From NCBI GenBank assembly GCA_963803435.1, contig CAWDML010000001.1:1344001-1408000 (forward strand): a stretch of DNA of 64,000 nucleotides, written 5' to 3'. The stretch is from an uncultured delta proteobacterium. Its GTDB lineage: Bacteria > Myxococcota > Kuafuiibacteriia > Kuafuiibacteriales > Kuafuiibacteriaceae. Positions 52,457 to 61,524 of this stretch are shown here, in pieces (position 1 is the stretch's first letter; the number at the start of each line of letters is the position of its first letter). The notes beneath the pieces are model-generated. The model ran no database searches, was not told where the DNA came from, and saw only the letters and a list, made by a program, of their open reading frames with translations. The position numbers and the translations under genes were made by a program.

Positions 52457-52906
52457 ATGCCGCAGATACAGTCGACGATCTCCGCCGCGCTCGCCAGGCT
52501 CGACCCACAGGGCGCCTGGGCGGTCGAGCTACGGAGGACGCTGACCGAGTACGTCGAGCACGAAGACGTCCGCGTCAAGCAAGCCGCGGTCTTCTGGCTG
52601 GCGGGGCTCGGCGCACTGGCGAAGCTCCTCCGCGCGCCCGGCGACGACCCGCACCTTCTCGGTCTCCAGGCGGCCGAGCTGTTCGTCCGAGGGTCGCGGT
52701 ATTGGTTCGAGGTGCTCGGCGAGCAGACCCGGGCCCTCGCCAGGAACAAGAAGGCCATCTTCGCGACGCCCGAGGGCATCGACGTGCTCCATCGTCTCGC
52801 GCGCCTGTCGGTCGATCTCGAGGCTGCCCTCGAGGGCGACGAGGACGCGGCCCGGCGAATCGCGAACGCCCTCGATCCGATGGGAGGTCCTGAGCCATGC
52901 GTTTGA
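52457..52906 (+). CDS. Hypothetical helical protein
   Basis: Good codon bias; TGCTAGATT extended -10-like box upstream; overlaps the next gene. Confidence 0.6.
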   Translation: MPQIQSTISAALARLDPQGAWAVELRRTLTEYVEHEDVRVKQAAVFWLAGLGALAKLLRAPGDDPHLLGLQAAELFVRGSRYWFEVLGEQTRALARNKKAIFATPEGIDVLHRLARLSVDLEAALEGDEDAARRIANALDPMGGPEPCV

Positions 52907-53940
52907 AGCCGACATCTTCGGGGGACACGTCCGCTCCGGCTCGCGACGGGCGTAGTCAGAAGATCGCTCGGATGCTCGAGGAGGGCACCCTCCTTCAGGC
53001 GGCGGTCGCGCGCGAGGTCGGCGCCGGAGAGGCCGAGCAGATCAGAAGGCTTCTTCGCGAGCTCAAGGTGATCACGCTCGACGACGGCGAGGTCCAAGCG
53101 ATCAATCAGAAGCTCGAGGGTCACGCAGCCGCGCTGCAAAGGATCCGGCTGGCGAACCCGGAGCTGGGGACCGGCGATCCCTCCGGCAGGCCGGCACCAC
53201 CGCTCTTCGTGGTGGATCCCGCGGCCACCCAGAAGGCGTGGCAGGTTCGCGTCTCGGAGGCGCGGGGGGACAAGGGCGGGTTCGTTCGGCACTTCACGAT
53301 GGCCGTCTTCGACGCGAACGGCGAGAGGGTGAAGCGCGAGCTCGACCTCGGGTTCCTGACCGCGGACCAGATGGAGACGCTCCTCGACCATCTCCAGTTT
53401 CTCCATGGCCTGTCGGACGACGAGCTCGCCTCCACCTTTGCGCCGCTCGCCGAGGCATCCCAGGTGCTCGAGTCGGTCCAGACTCGGAAGGGCAGCTTTC
53501 GTGAGTTGGCGGTCGAGTTCGCCCGTCAGCTCCTGGCCGCGGGGGCGAACCGCTCGTGGGTCGGGATCGCGGCGACCTTTGGGATTGGATTCGGCTCGAC
53601 CTGGCAGACCGTCCTCGCGGAGGCTGCGTTCATCCTGATCGGGAGCTACGGGTTGGCCATCGACGTCGCTCAAGCATGGCGCGTCTTCATCCGGCCCCAC
53701 ACCGCTTCGAAGAAGGAAGCGACGCTCGCGGTGACACGCGCCGTCCTCGACGGCGCCATGGTGGTCTCTCCACTGGCTGCCCTCGCCTCCCTCACGCTCG
53801 CGGTGAGCAAGTTCGTCATCGAGAACAAGAACAAGTTCGGCCACATGCTCGGCCTCGATGTCGGCCAGCGGGAACGCCTCGACGCCGAGACGAAGAGGAC
53901 GACGGACCTCCTCCTGGAGGCCGCTCGCGGCTCGCGCTGA
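52897..53940 (+). CDS. Hypothetical protein with C-terminal hydrophobic helices
   Basis: 347-aa ORF with GGAGG RBS; Gly/Ala-rich hydrophobic segments in the C-terminal third. Confidence 0.7.
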   Translation: MRLKPTSSGDTSAPARDGRSQKIARMLEEGTLLQAAVAREVGAGEAEQIRRLLRELKVITLDDGEVQAINQKLEGHAAALQRIRLANPELGTGDPSGRPAPPLFVVDPAATQKAWQVRVSEARGDKGGFVRHFTMAVFDANGERVKRELDLGFLTADQMETLLDHLQFLHGLSDDELASTFAPLAEASQVLESVQTRKGSFRELAVEFARQLLAAGANRSWVGIAATFGIGFGSTWQTVLAEAAFILIGSYGLAIDVAQAWRVFIRPHTASKKEATLAVTRAVLDGAMVVSPLAALASLTLAVSKFVIENKNKFGHMLGLDVGQRERLDAETKRTTDLLLEAARGSR

Positions 53941-53946
53941 GCCAGC

Positions 53947-54903
53947 TCAGACCGCGTGGGCCTCGCCCAGCTCGGCGGCGGGCGGGGCGACCGATTCGCG
54001 CGCCGTCCTGGCCAGCGCGAGCACCTCGTCCACCGACCACTGATCGTAGGCGTGCTCGCCGCGCTTGCTCGCCACGATGCGGCCGTCCGAGTCGATGAGG
54101 AAGTCGCCCGGTAGACCGAGTGAGCCGCCCTGGTGCTGGCCAAGCGGTAGCTTCTCCTCGCGCGCAGTGCGGATCAGCCCGCGCACGATCGCGGGCCAGG
54201 CGCGCGGGTCGAGCACCGCATGGAGCGACGTCTCCACGCCGAGCTCGGCGTAGAGCTCCTTCTCGGGATCGGCGACGAGCGGGAACGGCAGGTCAGTCTG
54301 GTACTTTCGAAACTCCTCCGGCGTCGAGTGGAACACGACAATCTCGCGCACCCCCGCGGCGAGGAGCTCGTCGTGGCGTCGTACGACCGACCTGAGGTGG
54401 AGGTTGCAGATGGGGCAACCGGCGAATCGACGGAGCTGCAGATGAACCAGCTTGCCCGGCTCGGGCACCGGGATCGATTCCCCGGCGACCGTGACCAGTC
54501 GGCGCGCCGCGAACCTCGACGCCCCGCGCATCGCGGCTCCCAGCTTACGGTCCCCGGAGCGGAGCGCCCATGAGATCGCCGTCAGCGTGAGCACGACGAT
54601 CGGCGGCGCGAGGTGCGCCGGCCCGTCGCCGGCGACCGCGTGAGAGACGATCGCCCCGGTCAGGTCGAAGAACACGCCCGCGTACGCCCACTCCTTGAGG
54701 CGCGGCAAGCCTGGGGCAAGGATGGTAACGACGGCGAGGAGCTTCCACGTGCCGAGGAGGCTCGGGAGCCACGCCGGGTACCCGAGATGCGCCATCGTCT
54801 CCACGATCCGCTCCGCGTGCGTGATCTCGTTGATGCCTCCGAAGGCCAGGATGGCGGTGCCGAGCCCGGTCGAAACCCAAAAACCTATCCTGCGTGCGTC
54901 CAT
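53947..54903 (-). CDS. DoxX-like membrane domain fused to an AhpC/TSA (peroxiredoxin-like) domain
   Basis: HLGYP, LKEWAYAG.FFDLTGA..SH (DoxX_2-like); RRFAGCPICNLH, ADPEKELY, PGDFLID, YDQWSVDE. Confidence 0.85.
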   Translation of the reverse strand: MDARRIGFWVSTGLGTAILAFGGINEITHAERIVETMAHLGYPAWLPSLLGTWKLLAVVTILAPGLPRLKEWAYAGVFFDLTGAIVSHAVAGDGPAHLAPPIVVLTLTAISWALRSGDRKLGAAMRGASRFAARRLVTVAGESIPVPEPGKLVHLQLRRFAGCPICNLHLRSVVRRHDELLAAGVREIVVFHSTPEEFRKYQTDLPFPLVADPEKELYAELGVETSLHAVLDPRAWPAIVRGLIRTAREEKLPLGQHQGGSLGLPGDFLIDSDGRIVASKRGEHAYDQWSVDEVLALARTARESVAPPAAELGEAHAV

Positions 54904-54971
54904 GATTCGATCTCCTTGTTCGCTCCACCTTGAGGCGCGCGAGCCGATCGAACAATTCTGCAACTATTGGC

Positions 54972-54996
54972 ATCATATGATACTTTTCGTTACGAA
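54972..54996. promoter_or_regulatory. AT-rich palindromes between the LysR gene and its divergent target; candidate operator
   Basis: ATCATATGAT (54972-54981) and TTCGT-T-ACGAA in an unusually AT-rich spacer. Confidence 0.4.
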
Positions 54997-55886
54997 TGCG
55001 AGAACCGCTCGAAACCGCTGAGCTCCTGGCCTTCGCGAGCATCGTGGACGCGAAGTCGCTGTCGCGCGCGGCCTCCGAGCTGCGGATTCCCCGGCCCACG
55101 ATCAGCCGCCGCCTCGCCCGCCTGGAGACGCGACTCGGCGTGCGCCTCTTGCGACGCACGACGCGGAGCCTCGCCCTGACCGACGCGGGCGAAGTGCTCT
55201 ATCGACAGGCACGGCTCGTTCTCGAAGCCGTCGCGACGGCGGAGGCGAGCGTGCGCCGGCCCGAGGGCGCGATCGCCGGCGAGCTGCGCGTCTCCGCGCC
55301 GCCGATCTCCGATCCGAAGTTCTATGAGATCATCGCGTCCTTCGCGAAGCGCCACCCGAACGTGCGACTCCAGGTCCATGCGTCGACGCGCCACGTCGAC
55401 CTGCGTCGCGAAGGGTACGACGTCGCCATCCGCGCGGGGAGCGCGATGGCGCCCGGGCTCATCGCGCGCACACTGTTTCGATCGAAGCTGGTCGCGGTGG
55501 CGTCGCGCGCGTATCTGAGCGAGGCCGGCGCGCCGCGCACCGCCAAGGACCTCCGCCGCCACCGCTGCCTGATGGGCTTCGCCCGCGGCGAGGTGCCCGA
55601 GACGCACTGGCGCATCGACGGCCGCGCGATGCACGTCGAGGGCGCGTTCTTCGCGAACGACGTGCAGCTCCTCTGCGCCGCGGCGGCGAGCGGTCTCGGC
55701 ATCGCGCTCGTCCCGCATCTCTTCGCGTCGCCGCACCTCGCGAGCGGCGCCCTCGTCACCGTCCTCGGGCAGGCGAAGTTCGGGAGCGACAGCGTCGCCG
55801 TCGTCTACCTCGATCGCGAGCTACTCCCACCCCAGGTCCGCGCGTTCGTGGAGGCGATGACCGCCTGGCGCCTGACCTCACCGTGA
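54996..55886 (+). CDS. LysR-family transcriptional regulator (CrgA-like)
   Basis: SLSRAASEL..PTISRRLARLETRLGVRLLRRTTRSLALTDAG; DVAIRAG. Confidence 0.95.
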   Translation: MREPLETAELLAFASIVDAKSLSRAASELRIPRPTISRRLARLETRLGVRLLRRTTRSLALTDAGEVLYRQARLVLEAVATAEASVRRPEGAIAGELRVSAPPISDPKFYEIIASFAKRHPNVRLQVHASTRHVDLRREGYDVAIRAGSAMAPGLIARTLFRSKLVAVASRAYLSEAGAPRTAKDLRRHRCLMGFARGEVPETHWRIDGRAMHVEGAFFANDVQLLCAAAASGLGIALVPHLFASPHLASGALVTVLGQAKFGSDSVAVVYLDRELLPPQVRAFVEAMTAWRLTSP

Positions 55887-55907
55887 GGGCAGCCGGCACC
55901 GAGGTCC

Positions 55908-56351
55908 TCAGACGGCCGTCCGCTCCGAGGCGCTGACGCGCTGACCCGGGTCGACCATGACCGTTTCGCCGGAGATCGAGACCTGAAAATGTGGGAGGTC
56001 GCTCCGGGCCGGGCCGCGGACGACGCCGCCGTTGCCGTCGAAGAGCGAGCCGTGACACTGACAGATCGACCGGCCGCTCGCGTCCGGCGCTTCGACGACG
56101 CAGCCGGCGTGCGTGCAGATCGCAGAGTAGGCGAACAGGCCGGCGGCGTCGCGGCCGATGATCAACGCGCCCGATCGATCGAGCGTCCAGCTGCCGACCG
56201 CGAAGTCCTGCAGCGTCCCGACGTCGACCGGACCGGAGGGGAGCCCGGTGTTGCAGCCGGAGAGCGCCAGCCCTCCCAGCGCGACCAAACCGCCGACCAC
56301 CACTTGGCGCCGGCAGAGCGGGACGCCGTCGTCATCTCTCTGGTTGCTCAT
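55908..56351 (-). CDS. Rieske [2Fe-2S] protein with Tat/lipoprotein-type signal
   Basis: CRRQVVVGG...LSGC; CTHAGC and CQCHGSLFD boxes; GPA. Confidence 0.92.
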   Translation of the reverse strand: MSNQRDDDGVPLCRRQVVVGGLVALGGLALSGCNTGLPSGPVDVGTLQDFAVGSWTLDRSGALIIGRDAAGLFAYSAICTHAGCVVEAPDASGRSICQCHGSLFDGNGGVVRGPARSDLPHFQVSISGETVMVDPGQRVSASERTAV

Positions 56352-56375
56352 CGATGCTCTCCTCTCGTGCGGTTG

Positions 56376-57368
56376 TCACTGCGGGAGTCCGCAGTCGATC
56401 CAGCTGATGAAGCGCGTCCGCTCGCTCGAGGGGAGCGTGCTGCCGCGTGGCATCCGCCCCGAAGAGACCTGACTCCGGATCCGCGACGCGTTGGCGGACA
56501 CCGTAGAATAGCTTCCGTACGAGGAGTGGCAGCCGGTGCAGTGCTGCGTCATGAACGCGTGGCCGTAGTTGCTCCAGCTGTCCGTGCAGCTCGTGGTCCC
56601 GGAGTCGGGCGTTCCGGCGTCGACGCCGGCGTCGGGCGGCGGCGGCATGATTTCGCCGCACGAGACGCCGTTGGTGGGGAAGCAGTTGTTCCCGAGCAGG
56701 TTGTTGTTGCCGTCGACGATCTGGAAACAGTCGAAGCCGGAAGGACAGTCCGCCGGTCCGGCGCAGGCGGTCCCGCACGCGCCACCGAGCAGCTGATCCT
56801 GGATGCAGAAGCTCCCCGTGGCGTTGCAGTCGTCGTCCGACTGACAGGCCTGGCAGAGCACGCCACCGCTCCCCGAGTCGGGCGTGACGCCCGAGTCGTA
56901 CGGCTCGCCAGCGTCGTTCGGCGCGCCGGCGTCATCGAAGCCCGCGTCCGTCTCAAAGCCGGCGTCCGGAGCATTGCAGGTCGACTCGGGGTAGCCGGCC
57001 GCGATCCACGATTCGACGCTCGCGATCTCGCGCTCGCTGACCGTGGCGGCCGGCGCCGGCGGCATGTAGTGGCCTCGCATGTACACGACGGAGATCTCCG
57101 CGTCTGTCTTCGAGGGATCCGCGAGCGCGGCGCGCATCAGATCATCGCGTGAAACCAGCGACACCGGCGCGGCGACAGGGGGCGATCCGTGACAGGCCTG
57201 GCAGCGCTCGGCCAAGAGTGTCTCGATCTCGCACGGAAGACCGGAGCCCGCGGTCGACACGGGAGGTTTCTTGTTGGTGACACCGGTGAACCCCGAGCGC
57301 GGTCGCGCGTTGCATCCGATCGCGATCGCGATCGCGGGAAGGAGGATCGACAGGGCGCGTTTCGACAT
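56376..57368 (-). CDS. Dihaem cytochrome c lipoprotein with central Cys-rich module
   Basis: AIGC lipobox; CQACH..YMPP..WIAAG; DAG linkers; Cys-rich insert; CTGCH..RMP..WIDCG. Confidence 0.85.
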   Translation of the reverse strand: MSKRALSILLPAIAIAIGCNARPRSGFTGVTNKKPPVSTAGSGLPCEIETLLAERCQACHGSPPVAAPVSLVSRDDLMRAALADPSKTDAEISVVYMRGHYMPPAPAATVSEREIASVESWIAAGYPESTCNAPDAGFETDAGFDDAGAPNDAGEPYDSGVTPDSGSGGVLCQACQSDDDCNATGSFCIQDQLLGGACGTACAGPADCPSGFDCFQIVDGNNNLLGNNCFPTNGVSCGEIMPPPPDAGVDAGTPDSGTTSCTDSWSNYGHAFMTQHCTGCHSSYGSYSTVSANASRIRSQVSSGRMPRGSTLPSSERTRFISWIDCGLPQ

Positions 57369-57378
57369 CGCGCACTCC

Positions 57379-57406
57379 CAGTACCGCCGGCCCGGACAGA
57401 GCAGGC
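57379..57406 (-). promoter_or_regulatory. Candidate ECF sigma promoter for the cytochrome-Rieske operon
   Basis: GCCTGCTC-N11-GCGGTACTG, 10 nt before the ATG; same motif and spacing precede the ECF gene. Confidence 0.65.
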
Positions 57407-57473
57407 TGACCGTGGCTCTTTCGTTGAGAGGATCGGATGCCTGACGTACGCTGATCCCCGAGGCTGTCTGGTC

Positions 57474-58402
57474 TTGATCGTGATCGTGCTGATCGCCGCC
57501 GGTGAGGCGGAAGCACCCGCGACGACCGCGATGCTCGCCGCCGCGGCCGAAGCAGCCCCTCTTGGTGTCTCGATCGAGCTCCGCACCCGCACCTCCGAGG
57601 AGACCGCGCTCGCTGCGCTGGCCCGCACCAGCAGCGCCGCGGTGGCGGACGTGCGGTGGCTCGGCGACGAGACGGAGGTGGAGATCCGGCTTCAGCTTCC
57701 CGATGGCTCCCGGCTCCGCGAGCGGCACCTCGGCTTCTCGAGCGCCGACGCGATGCGCGAGCGGGGACGAACCGTGGGGTTCGCGGTCGCTTCGATGATC
57801 CCGCCCGTGCCGCCGGCCGCGACCCCCCCGCAGCCGCCACCTCCTCCGCCGCCGCCGATCGCGGTCGTCTCCCCCCTGCGCCCGCACAACCGGAGATCCG
57901 GGCGGCGCTCTACGCCGCGGGCTCGGCCGCCGCGGCGATCGCCGGCCAAGGAACGGGCTTCGGCGGCACGATCGGCGCCGAGCTTCCGATCGCCCGGGCG
58001 CTCTCGCTTCGCCTCCTCTTCACGGCACGCTTCGGGGAGGTGAAGGCGGCCCAGGCGAGCGCTTTCGATCTCGAGGGCGGCGCGGGCGCCAGGTTCGGGC
58101 TGGTCTTCGACGACACCACCGGTCTCGGCCTCGCGATCCGGACCGATCTTCTGGTCACCTACCAGCTGCTCTCGCACTTCTCGGAAGACGACCCGGAGCC
58201 GGCCCGTCGCGGTCGCTGGCTCCCGGGCCTCGATCTCATGCTCGAGGGATCATGGGCGCTCTCGCACAGCACCGCCTTGGTGTTTGCCGCGGGCGGCGCC
58301 CTCGTCGCCGGCAGGACCGGGGTCTACACCCACGGTGAAGAAGTTGCGGTCCTCCCGATCGGCCGGGTCCTGTTCGAGATCGGCGTGCGTGCCGGCTTCT
58401 GA
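57474..58402 (+). CDS. Exported protein with probable C-terminal beta-barrel, frameshift near 57890
   Basis: RGRTVGFAVASM, Pro-rich linker, amphipathic beta-strands ending FEIGVRAGF. Start uncertain. Confidence 0.65.
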
Positions 58403-58410
58403 AGGACCTT

Positions 58411-58438
58411 GCCTGATCGCGCACGCTTCGCGGTACTG
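58411..58438 (+). promoter_or_regulatory. Candidate autoregulatory ECF promoter
   Basis: GCCTGATC-N11-GCGGTACTG, 8 nt before GTG 58447. Confidence 0.65.
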
Positions 58439-58446
58439 ATCTCGCG

Positions 58447-59117
58447 GTGGCCTCCGGCGCAGCCCGCGATCGCGTCCTTCGGCTGGTGCCTTCGGAGGCA
58501 TCCGGGGCCCAGCCTCACCCGGACCAAGAGGTTGCGCCCGACGACAGTGAGCTGCTCGCCGCGCTGCGCGCCGGGGACGCTTCCGCCGCCTCCGCCTTCC
58601 ACGATCGCGTGCGACCGTGCGTCGATCGGACGCTTCGCCGGCTGCTCGGCGTCGGCCACGTCGACCATCAGGACCTGGCGCAAAACGCGCTCATCGAGCT
58701 GGTCACCACGATCCAGCGCTTCCGCGGCAGCTGCTCGCTGGACGCGTGGGTCTCAACGCTCACCTCGCGCGTCGTCTACAAGGCCTTCCGCCGCAACAAG
58801 ATCGAGCGGCGACTGTTCAGCGCTCTCACCGAGGATCAGCTCGATTCGGGGGCGCCCACCCGGTCCGCGCGATCACGGCGCGCGTGATGCTCGATCGCGT
58901 GCGATCGCACCTCGGTGCGATGGACGTCGGTCGGGCCTGGGCCTTCGTGCTTCACGACGTGCTGGGCCACGATCTGCGCGAGGTCGCGCAGATCATGGGG
59001 GTGAGCGTAGCGGCGGCGCAGTCCCGACTCGTGCGCGGGCGCCGCGAGCTGCACGAACGTATCGAGTGCGATCCGGAGCTCGCTTGCGGGCTCGACGCAG
59101 ACTTGGGGGAGACATGA
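58447..59117 (+). CDS. ECF RNA polymerase sigma factor, frameshift near 58860
   Basis: Region 2 (DLAQNALIEL, FRGSCSLDAWV); region 4 (AFVLHDVLGHDLREVAQIMGVSVAAAQSRLVRGR) in the next frame. Confidence 0.9.
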
Positions 59118-60184
59118 GCGCGCCACGCTACGCGTCCCTGACGGCGAAGCTTCTGGCCAACGCGCCCGCGGAGGGACCTCCGCCGACCCACGAGGAGCGT
59201 GCCGAGGCGGTGGCGGCGATGGCGGCGGCGATCCGGGCGCGCGCTCGGCGCCGTCGTCTGGTCGGCGCCGGGCTCTCGTTCGGCGCGATCGCGGCGACGC
59301 TCCTGGTCTTCCTCTGGCTCCAGCGCGAGAGCTCCGCCCCCGAGCCGGCTCGCATCCCGACGCCGGTCGAGGTGACCGCGACGTTGACGGGCCGCGGGAC
59401 TTACCTCGTCGACGAGGGCGCCCCCACCGAGGTGTCCGAGCCGCGCGCGCTCCTTCGCGGCTCCAAGGTGCACGTGCGGCCGAGTGGAAGCGCCACGCTC
59501 GCTCTCTCCACCGGCAGCACGCTCCGTCTCGAGCCGGAGACAGAGCTGACCGTCGTCGAGAAGCGTGAGGTCGAGCGGTTCGCGCTGTCGCGTGGCGCGC
59601 TCCGGGCCGAGGTGGCGAAGCTCAGGGCGGACCAGCGATTTCTGATCGAGACCATCGATGCCGAGGTCGAGGTGCGCGGGACCTCGTTCCGCGTCGAGGT
59701 GATGCCGGAGAACCGCTGCGCCACGCGGACGCACGTGGAGGTCTTCGAGGGCGTCGTCTCGGTTCGCCAGGACGGCGAGCTCCACCCGGTGCGCGCCGGC
59801 GAGCGCTGGCCGCGGGAGGCCGACTGTCGGCCGCCGGAGAAGCCGCGCCTGAAGCGCCCCCTCAGTCGACACCGGCCCGTGCCGCCTCCCCCGCCGGCGC
59901 GCGAGACGCCGAGCTCTCACCTCGGGGAGGAGAACGATCTCTATGCAGCGGCCGTGGCGGCGGCGCGGGCCGGGGACGATCGGCGCGCGATCGAGCTCTA
60001 TGAGCGCCTGCTCGAGCGCGACCCGGACGGTCCGCTGGCGGAGACCGCCGCCTCGCGACGGATGAAGGCGCTGGAGGGATTCGATCTCGATCGAGCCGCC
60101 GAGGCGGCACGACGATATCTCGCCCGCTATCCAGAGGGCTTTGCGCGCGAGGAGGCGAGGCGGATCATCGATCGGACGCGATGA
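59114..60184 (+). CDS. FecR-domain anti-sigma protein with C-terminal TPR
   Basis: TM helix; GSTLRL, VEVRGTSFRV, VEVFEGVVSV; ARRYLARYPEG. Confidence 0.9.
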   Translation: MSAPRYASLTAKLLANAPAEGPPPTHEERAEAVAAMAAAIRARARRRRLVGAGLSFGAIAATLLVFLWLQRESSAPEPARIPTPVEVTATLTGRGTYLVDEGAPTEVSEPRALLRGSKVHVRPSGSATLALSTGSTLRLEPETELTVVEKREVERFALSRGALRAEVAKLRADQRFLIETIDAEVEVRGTSFRVEVMPENRCATRTHVEVFEGVVSVRQDGELHPVRAGERWPREADCRPPEKPRLKRPLSRHRPVPPPPPARETPSSHLGEENDLYAAAVAAARAGDDRRAIELYERLLERDPDGPLAETAASRRMKALEGFDLDRAAEAARRYLARYPEGFAREEARRIIDRTR

Positions 60185-60828
60185 GACGCTGCGTTCTCCT
60201 TGCGCTGGTCGCCGCCGCCTGCAACGGCGAGCTGCGGTTCGACGAGCCCTCATCTCCGGACGGGGGCGAGCCGGCCGACGCGAGCAGCGACGCCGGTGCA
60301 GCGCTGGACGCCGCGCCTGCAGGTTGCACCAGCGACACGGAGTGCGGTCTGCCCGATCTGCACTGCGCCGTCGAGACCGGGGCCTGCGTCGAATGCCTCA
60401 ACGACGGCCACTGCCTCCGCCCAGAGCAGCCCCGCTGCCACGGCGTCCTGCACCGCTGCGTCCAGTGCGGCTCCGCAGGCGACTGCGACCGCAACGAGGT
60501 CTGCGAGCGGAGCACGAACACCTGCGTTCCCACATGCTTCGACGGAGACGATTGCTCGCTGACCTACGCCGGCTGCGAGATCTCGCGCGGCCTCTGCGTC
60601 GACTGTATCTACGACTCCGACTGCACCGGCGCGAGCGATGGCCCGCTCTGCCAGCCCGCGAATGGTCGCTGCGTGGAGTGCCGCGACAATCTCTCCTGCC
60701 CCATCGAACGGCCCTCCTGCGATCCGACGAGCGGTCGCTGTGTCGCCTGCCTGAGCTCGGCGAGCTGCACCGATGCCACGAACCCGCTCTGCGATCCCGA
60801 AGAGCTCACCTGCGTGGCCCGCCCCTGA
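60181..60828 (+). CDS. Cys-rich repeat lipoprotein
   Basis: VAAAC lipobox; about seven C-x2-D-x2-C...C...CV(E/Q/A)C repeats. Confidence 0.88.
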   Translation: MRRCVLLALVAAACNGELRFDEPSSPDGGEPADASSDAGAALDAAPAGCTSDTECGLPDLHCAVETGACVECLNDGHCLRPEQPRCHGVLHRCVQCGSAGDCDRNEVCERSTNTCVPTCFDGDDCSLTYAGCEISRGLCVDCIYDSDCTGASDGPLCQPANGRCVECRDNLSCPIERPSCDPTSGRCVACLSSASCTDATNPLCDPEELTCVARP

Positions 60829-61524
60829 GCGCGCCGCGTCCCGAATCCGCGCACTTCCTCGTTCATCGACGACGGGGTCCGGGTGCTCGGCCATCGCGGC
60901 ATTCGCCGGGCGCGGCTCTCGGTCGATCCTGGCTTTCAGGTCCGGAGCGCCGAGCAGACGGGCGCGCTGCCGTGGCATCAGGACGCCAACGCGTATCAGC
61001 CGGCTGCCACGAGCTCGCCGGCGCCGCCCTCTCGGCCCTGGATGCACTCGAGGCGGGCGATCTCGACCGTGAGCTGGCGGGCGATGAGACGGCGATCGAG
61101 CGCAGCCGCCGCGCGCGTGAGGGGTCCTCGAATACGTGCTCGCCCGCGGCAAGCTCAACGAGGACTGGCTCTACCTCGCCGACCAGATCGTTCCGGAGCT
61201 CGACGAGCGGCGCTGTCCGACGTGCGAGCGGCGCACGCGCATCTCCGGCGTCGACATGCCCGATCAGTACGGCGCTCGCCGCATCCAGATCTGCCCTCGC
61301 TGCGGAACCGTCGAGGATGCGCCGGCCCACTTCGACATGGCTCCGCTTGGATGGCGGCTGCACGCTCACGCTGGAGGGCGCGCTCCTGGCGCGACATGGT
61401 GTCCTGTCCGGAAGGCGGCCATGGGATCTGGGCCCGACGGACCACCGGGTCCGGATTGCAGAGCACGATGCACACCACATCCCCAATCGGCGGCTGATCT
61501 TTCACGGCGCCCTCGAGCGGGGCG

